A program made the position numbers and the translations under genes. This document shows positions 59,018-64,000 of a stretch of 64,000 bases of DNA, one piece after another (position 1 is the stretch's first letter; the number at the start of each line of letters is the position of its first letter). Source of the stretch: Promethearchaeota archaeon (GTDB taxonomy: Archaea; Asgardarchaeota; Hermodarchaeia; Hermodarchaeales; Hermodarchaeaceae); the NCBI GenBank assembly GCA_048939625.1, contig JBHLPH010000007.1:1-64000 (forward strand). Direction: 5' to 3'. The notes below the pieces were generated by a model. The model saw only the letters and a list, made by a program, of their open reading frames with translations. It was not told where the DNA came from and did no database searches.

Positions 59018-59103
59018 GTGTTCACACCTCTCTTGTTTTTTCCCCATTCTTTAATTTGATGAGATGAAATTTAGACCAAACCTTTTTATACTTGCAGTAA
59101 AAG

Positions 59104-59127
59104 GTGTAATTTAATTACAAATTACAC
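59104..59127. promoter_or_regulatory. Palindromic operator
   Basis: GTGTAATTT-N6-AAATTACAC between a TTTTTATA box (59083-59090) and the RBS. Confidence 0.65.
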
Positions 59128-59146
59128 AATGGAATGGTGAAATAAA

Positions 59147-60085
59147 ATAACCGAAACACAGCAGGAATTATCAGACCTTATCGACACCTTCGATTCCTTT
59201 GAATTGGGTGAACCTATTCCAATGGGAAATGCCCATTATGTCCCCATACTCACAGAAAGAGAGGATTTTCCTCGGGAGTATATTACAGTCCACGAAGCCC
59301 TTGAGCAAGGGTTAGTTGAGCTCCAAGATTCTGGACGGATTGATGCGGCTTGGGTAACAAACAACGCCAGGAAGTCCGTCCTCTTTATCGCGGGTATGGA
59401 TGTTCATGCTCAAGGAACTCAATCGCGCATTATCATTGGGAGTCATCTTGTGCCTCCCAAAACTAAAGTTGAATTACCCTGCCGATGTACCCATGATGTT
59501 CATCCGATTCGACAGTATCAATGTCTGATGACCGATGTCGAACATTATATGGTGGCCTCTCCAGGTGTTCGTGGGGCATCCATCGCAGGTGAAGTCGCTG
59601 CTCAGGACCACGTCTGGATGAAAGTCAAAGCACACCGAGAAAAACTCAAACATACATCTATTAGAGGTAAACCGCTACTAGATAAAGCGGAGAGCTCATC
59701 TCGACTGAGTATAGTGCAACAGAAAGCAGCGATGAATATTCAAGCGGAAATTAAAGAAATCCAACCGCTTCCTTGTCAGATTGGGCTTGCCGTAATTAGT
59801 GAGGGAGAAGTTCAAGCCCTGGAGGTGTTTGATAGTCCCATAACTTATCGTCACTTCCACAAGCATCTGATCGGCCGATTTTCGTATGAAATTGCAGCCC
59901 CCAAAGCCACACCAACACGGAAAGTAGCAGCACTCCGAGCGAAGATGCTGCAAGAGGTGCAACGTCTTAGTCAGCACTTGGATATCGAGGACGGCAAAGG
60001 AACTGCCCAGTGCAAAGGAAAAATTCTTGGGACCCTACAGAACAAGAATCACCGGCTTGTTCACTTGTGTCTCGAAAAGCTCTAA
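59147..60085 (+). CDS. ARPP-1 / DUF6569-like protein
   Basis: YITVHEAL..G, TNN..KSVLFIAG, GTQSRII, LPCRC, QDHVW, QIGLAV, EVFDSP pattern; likely ATA start at 59147 (track starts at TTG 59204). Confidence 0.75.
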   Translation: MTETQQELSDLIDTFDSFELGEPIPMGNAHYVPILTEREDFPREYITVHEALEQGLVELQDSGRIDAAWVTNNARKSVLFIAGMDVHAQGTQSRIIIGSHLVPPKTKVELPCRCTHDVHPIRQYQCLMTDVEHYMVASPGVRGASIAGEVAAQDHVWMKVKAHREKLKHTSIRGKPLLDKAESSSRLSIVQQKAAMNIQAEIKEIQPLPCQIGLAVISEGEVQALEVFDSPITYRHFHKHLIGRFSYEIAAPKATPTRKVAALRAKMLQEVQRLSQHLDIEDGKGTAQCKGKILGTLQNKNHRLVHLCLEKL

Positions 60086-60200
60086 ACTGATTTGCTAGGA
60101 CGTGCTCTGGGCAGTTCCTCTATTTTTTTATTCGTCAAGACCAAAGAATTTTGAAGCTCCAACACCAACCTATTCAAAGTAAGGTTTAGGAGCTTCGCTA

Positions 60201-61157
60201 GTGAACTCTAAGTTACGATTAACAATTCGATGGCTCTTTGTCCTGTCCATTCTTCTGAGTTCGCTAGGCTCCTTCAGATTTCTAGTCTTAGAATATTCTT
60301 GCACTAGTTTCCAATCACCCGAAAACCCCCGCGAAGGTTGGGCAGTGTTGATGGAAATGAATTATTATCCATCTGGATCCAATCTAGAAACCGGCTATAG
60401 TGACACTCAAAAATGGAATACCACTCTTCTGGCTCTGGGTTGGCAATCCAATCACATTTTGATTCATCAAGGTCTTATTGATCAACAGGTTGGTTTGGCA
60501 GCATTTGATTTTCTGTTTGCCAACGTTGATACGAACGATGTTGTGCTATGGTTTGTGTTTGCCCATGGCAACTATCTCCTCGAAAATATTGATTGGCAAA
60601 CCTGGTTTCCGGACCACTGGACGAATCTCCAGAGTCAAGAAAAAATCTTCATTGCTTCTGCATGTTCATCGGAATTTCTCATTCAATCCCTCTCTGATGA
60701 TGGAGTGCCCCATGTATACATTTCCTCTTCTGAAGCCGATGAATATTCCTGGGCCGGATTACCTGAAGAGGGGTTACCAATAATCGGAGAGGTATTCAAC
60801 CATTTTCTAACCAATGCTTTACTAAATGCGTCAGCTGACTCAGATACCGATGGAGAAGTAACCATGGAAGAGGCTTTCTTTTTTGCCGCTCCTCTTAGTC
60901 GAAGTTACATCTCTACGATTGTCTTTCCAGCTTTTCCTGATTTCGCTGAAATGTGTAACAATACAGCCCCTAATCCAGTTATGGATGATACTTATGAAGG
61001 TAATTTCTCTTTGCTAATTGAAGACGGAGCACCTCCAATAATGGCACCCTGGGTACTTCCAATTGAAGTAGGCATAATTATCGGTTTTGTGTGTGTAATC
61101 ATAATTATTCTCATTACATTTGCGCTTGTTATTCAAAGACGAAAAATTCAATCCTAA
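60201..61157 (+). CDS. Secreted, membrane-anchored caspase-fold (clan CD) protease-like protein
   Basis: DVVLWFVFAHG (His) and KIFIASACSS (Cys) dyad; SSEADEYSW; DSDTDGEVTMEE; signal and C-terminal TM. Confidence 0.8.
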   Translation: MNSKLRLTIRWLFVLSILLSSLGSFRFLVLEYSCTSFQSPENPREGWAVLMEMNYYPSGSNLETGYSDTQKWNTTLLALGWQSNHILIHQGLIDQQVGLAAFDFLFANVDTNDVVLWFVFAHGNYLLENIDWQTWFPDHWTNLQSQEKIFIASACSSEFLIQSLSDDGVPHVYISSSEADEYSWAGLPEEGLPIIGEVFNHFLTNALLNASADSDTDGEVTMEEAFFFAAPLSRSYISTIVFPAFPDFAEMCNNTAPNPVMDDTYEGNFSLLIEDGAPPIMAPWVLPIEVGIIIGFVCVIIIILITFALVIQRRKIQS

Positions 61158-61160
61158 TCG

Positions 61161-61952
61161 TTACAGTTTGTTTCGAATACGATTCGGAAGTGGATCCAAG
61201 ATAATTTGATTTGTGCGTCTAGCTTGACGAATGAATTCAAGCGGTGTCTCGCTTCGCATTAGAAAGCGTAGGGTTTCGTCATCTGTGAAAAATCCTAATG
61301 TTGGGGATCCAAATTTTCTAGCAACAACTTCGAGTAATTTTCCATAATCGGTTTGCCAATCTTTAAAGGTGAATCCAAGCGGTTCTAAGGCTTTCGTTGT
61401 CGTAATCCGTTGAATTCGACCATCAGTAACCTGAAGGATTAGACTTGCCCATATGGTGTTTTCTTCGAAAATTGTGATAACACTCACGAAATTCGTAGGG
61501 AGTTGATCTAGCGCCATTCGGATTCGTTGAAATAACGAGAATAGTCCTTTCTCCCAAAATTCTCGAGGGAAGACATGAAATCGCCGATTGAACTCCTTTT
61601 CTAGACTTGAGTGGGCGATTTCAAGATATTGGAAGATATCCATTTCAGGGGCAAAAGCTGCTTGCATTCTTGCTAACAGGTATACAACTAATCCTTGCTC
61701 AACCATAAACACGGCATCGATCCCTTTTCGTTGCTGCATCTGTTGTCCAATAATCGATGGGGTTGAGAATGGACCCGTTAAATCTGGTCGTAAACCCTGT
61801 GTTGAATGGAAGGCATGAATAATTTCACTGTTCTGGTACAATAGGAAAAGGATTGCTCGCTCGCTAGTGAACTGTGGGAGGGTGGATATCAGGTTGAACC
61901 AATGGGTGGTCTCAACATTTTGAAACTCATAATTATCATCAAGACGTCTCAT
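61161..61952 (-). CDS. Hypothetical protein, translationally coupled to the GH35 gene
   Basis: 263-aa ORF with ATGA overlap at 61949-61952. Confidence 0.8.
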   Translation of the reverse strand: MRRLDDNYEFQNVETTHWFNLISTLPQFTSERAILFLLYQNSEIIHAFHSTQGLRPDLTGPFSTPSIIGQQMQQRKGIDAVFMVEQGLVVYLLARMQAAFAPEMDIFQYLEIAHSSLEKEFNRRFHVFPREFWEKGLFSLFQRIRMALDQLPTNFVSVITIFEENTIWASLILQVTDGRIQRITTTKALEPLGFTFKDWQTDYGKLLEVVARKFGSPTLGFFTDDETLRFLMRSETPLEFIRQARRTNQIILDPLPNRIRNKL

Positions 61953-64000
61953 CGTACCACCTCAAAGATTCGAAAATCATGAGCGTTCAATGCAATTTCC
62001 TGAGGACCCTTCTGGGTTAATTGCTCGCCTGTCCAAAGATCACGAATCACCGCCCGTTTAGCAACCATCAAGGACACTGACTGAGGTTGATTTGTTGCAT
62101 TCACTTGAAAGATAATGCGAGGAGCACGGGTGCCCCAATAGACTTCATCAACAGATGAATTCCGGGCATCGCCAACAGCCGAGATATTCAGATGCTTCAA
62201 GGATTTCGTTAATGCTGTCTCAGCTTCAATGGCATCCTCTCGGTCGAGGGTAGGAGGAAGTGTAATTCCAAGATACATAATCTTGCCTTTTCCAAGATCG
62301 GAGATACCTCCTGCAACTCGATTTCCTACACGTACTTTATTGTCTGATAGGCTAAAGGGATCGTGTAAACCCACTAGGGGACGGCGAGTTGAAGTCGGCT
62401 GAATGCCAGCTCGATCAGCCAGAATAGTACAACCTCGCATATCTGTACCTAAATAGGGAATTTCTGGGCCTACGATTGCTGTACCTCCACGTTCCACGAA
62501 GTCACCAATTTTCGACTGTAATGCTTCAGACATAAAATCAAAGCTGGGAATAATGAGTGCTTGATAGCTATTTAGCGCGGGAGGATCCATTTCGGTGTCC
62601 CCAATAACAAAGGGAATTTTAGATCGGGTAAGTCCCCAATAGAATGCATTCCATAAGGCAGGATAGGCTTTTTGGATTGTTTCAGTATAGCTAAATGTTC
62701 GATTACTAAGGAGCAACTCATCCGGAAGACCTAGCAAATGGCTGAGCCAGTTGGAGTTTGTGCACATCCGGTAGAGCCGTTCATATTCAAGATTACGAAG
62801 CAGCACAACCGGCACATTTCGTTGTAATGAATGAAATTCCTGTGACTGGAGGATCTCCAGTATACGTTTTAAAAATGTGAATTGGGTATCATCGATGATT
62901 CCTTGCTGGGAGATGGGGCTTCCCAACCACCGGTTTCGTCCAACTAGCATGTGCGTATTGAACCCACGAAAACCATACATCATTGCGACAAGTAATGCAA
63001 ATTGCTGGTCATTTGCCTGTAATCCTGGACCCCATGGCCAAATTCCCATGCCACTCTCAGATAAATAGGGAAATCGACTGACTGTGCTAAGGTACAGAGC
63101 ACTTCGGCGAATGTCATCATAATGCGATTGGCTGAGGTATAATCCAACACCTTGAAAGTCTAACTCCCGTTCAGTACGATAAACATTGAGAGGCAAGGAA
63201 GGATAGGATGAACGGATGCTATGCGAGGTGGGGATACCCCGAACTCCTCGAGACCAAAGAAGGCTGGCAAGGACACTGAGGGAGAGTGCCACATAATATT
63301 CTTGGAATTCCATCCAATCAAGGAATCGCGGAAGGGCTTCACGTTCTGTTGCAGCCAATGCCCGTGGAGGTTCAATATCAGTGAATTCGTTATATCTAGT
63401 TCTATATGCTCGGTTCAATCCTCCAATGGACGGATACTTACTGGTCAAGAATTCGTGGTACCACCGAATAGCATGTGCTGAGTAATCCGCACTAAACGCA
63501 CCATTCAAGAAAATCCGAGAAATATCATTATCAATCTGAACGCTGATGATGGGACCTCCTGGTGCCAGATGACGGGTAATAATGGGACACACGACATCAA
63601 AGAATTTTGACACTTCATCATAGAATTTTTCGCTGGCATAACTTGGCATGGGAAACGGGTTGGGTACTGCGGGGATGATTACCCGGGTCCCATAAGCGGT
63701 TTGCGCCTGAATTTCCGCATCATATAAGATGCGCTTCGGATATCCAAAATAATTGAGTTCCTCGTTTACACAAGGTCCTGGTCGGACAATAACATAGAGC
63801 CCTCGATTCCGACAGAGGGTGAGAAATCCCTCTAGGTTCCGTTGTTTGTTCGTTGTGCCAAAATCAAAAAGACCACTAGCTATCTCATGGATATTCCATG
63901 GAATAGCCAATGAAATGATGCGAAATCCGATACCAACGATTCGCTCTAGAATCTGGTCCCATTTTTCTGAAGGAATTCGCCAGTAGTCGACTGATCCACT
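61949..64000 (-). CDS. GH35-like (beta-galactosidase family) protein, 5' end beyond the window
   Basis: Frame open to 64000: SGSVDYWRIPSEKW..PWNIHE, VRPGP, PIISVQIDND; class I GATase-like trimerisation domain. Confidence 0.85.
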   Translation of the reverse strand, partial: SGSVDYWRIPSEKWDQILERIVGIGFRIISLAIPWNIHEIASGLFDFGTTNKQRNLEGFLTLCRNRGLYVIVRPGPCVNEELNYFGYPKRILYDAEIQAQTAYGTRVIIPAVPNPFPMPSYASEKFYDEVSKFFDVVCPIITRHLAPGGPIISVQIDNDISRIFLNGAFSADYSAHAIRWYHEFLTSKYPSIGGLNRAYRTRYNEFTDIEPPRALAATEREALPRFLDWMEFQEYYVALSLSVLASLLWSRGVRGIPTSHSIRSSYPSLPLNVYRTERELDFQGVGLYLSQSHYDDIRRSALYLSTVSRFPYLSESGMGIWPWGPGLQANDQQFALLVAMMYGFRGFNTHMLVGRNRWLGSPISQQGIIDDTQFTFLKRILEILQSQEFHSLQRNVPVVLLRNLEYERLYRMCTNSNWLSHLLGLPDELLLSNRTFSYTETIQKAYPALWNAFYWGLTRSKIPFVIGDTEMDPPALNSYQALIIPSFDFMSEALQSKIGDFVERGGTAIVGPEIPYLGTDMRGCTILADRAGIQPTSTRRPLVGLHDPFSLSDNKVRVGNRVAGGISDLGKGKIMYLGITLPPTLDREDAIEAETALTKSLKHLNISAVGDARNSSVDEVYWGTRAPRIIFQVNATNQPQSVSLMVAKRAVIRDLWTGEQLTQKGPQEIALNAHDFRIFEVVR

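Noticed and set aside
101-63481. Numerous short antisense or overlapping ORFs in the track (e.g. 1654-2349, 6569-7120, 24417-24902, 42928-43299, 49607-50080)
   Set aside because: They lie within well-supported genes and show no motifs
1-64000. CRISPR arrays, tRNA/rRNA genes, transposases, integrases
   Set aside because: No regularly spaced repeats, cloverleafs, rRNA signatures or recombinase motifs were seen by eye; a tRNAscan/Infernal run would be definitive

Overview
64 kb of gene-dense archaeal chromosome. It shows TATA-like promoters, GGAGG/GGTGA ribosome-binding sites and frequent TTG/GTG starts. An Asgard-type lineage is inferred from the RING/PHD-like fingers, steadiness-box-like tails and many C-terminally anchored surface proteins. 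Main contents, in order: a grpE-dnaK-dnaJ cluster downstream of an OxsR-like TrmB regulator and thioredoxin; AlkA; a DtxR-boxed dtxR-feoB-small Cys protein operon; M1 and M24 peptidases; a RACo-type corrinoid activator; MFS and paired ArsB/NhaD-like transporters; purine/nucleoside salvage genes (ade, mtnA, two PRTases, a BMP-type ABC importer and an orphan BMP paralogue); ThiI; ACD alpha; PLD; GH38; an ARPP-1/DUF6569-like gene; a membrane-anchored caspase-fold protein; and a truncated, atypical GH35. I found no rRNA, tRNA, CRISPR array or transposase. The most striking unannotated element is a box C/D-like small RNA (40721-40825). Its two guides appear complementary to the two sides of the CCG motif in SSU rRNA helix 34, which recalls the eukaryotic snR4 acetylation guide. 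Other unannotated items include several small ORFs missing from the ORF track (a 55-aa PHD/RING-like finger, a 49-aa Cys-rich post-FeoB protein, ATA/ATC-initiated ORFs) and a long structured leader before the nucleoside importer. All calls come from reading the sequence by eye; no searches were run.
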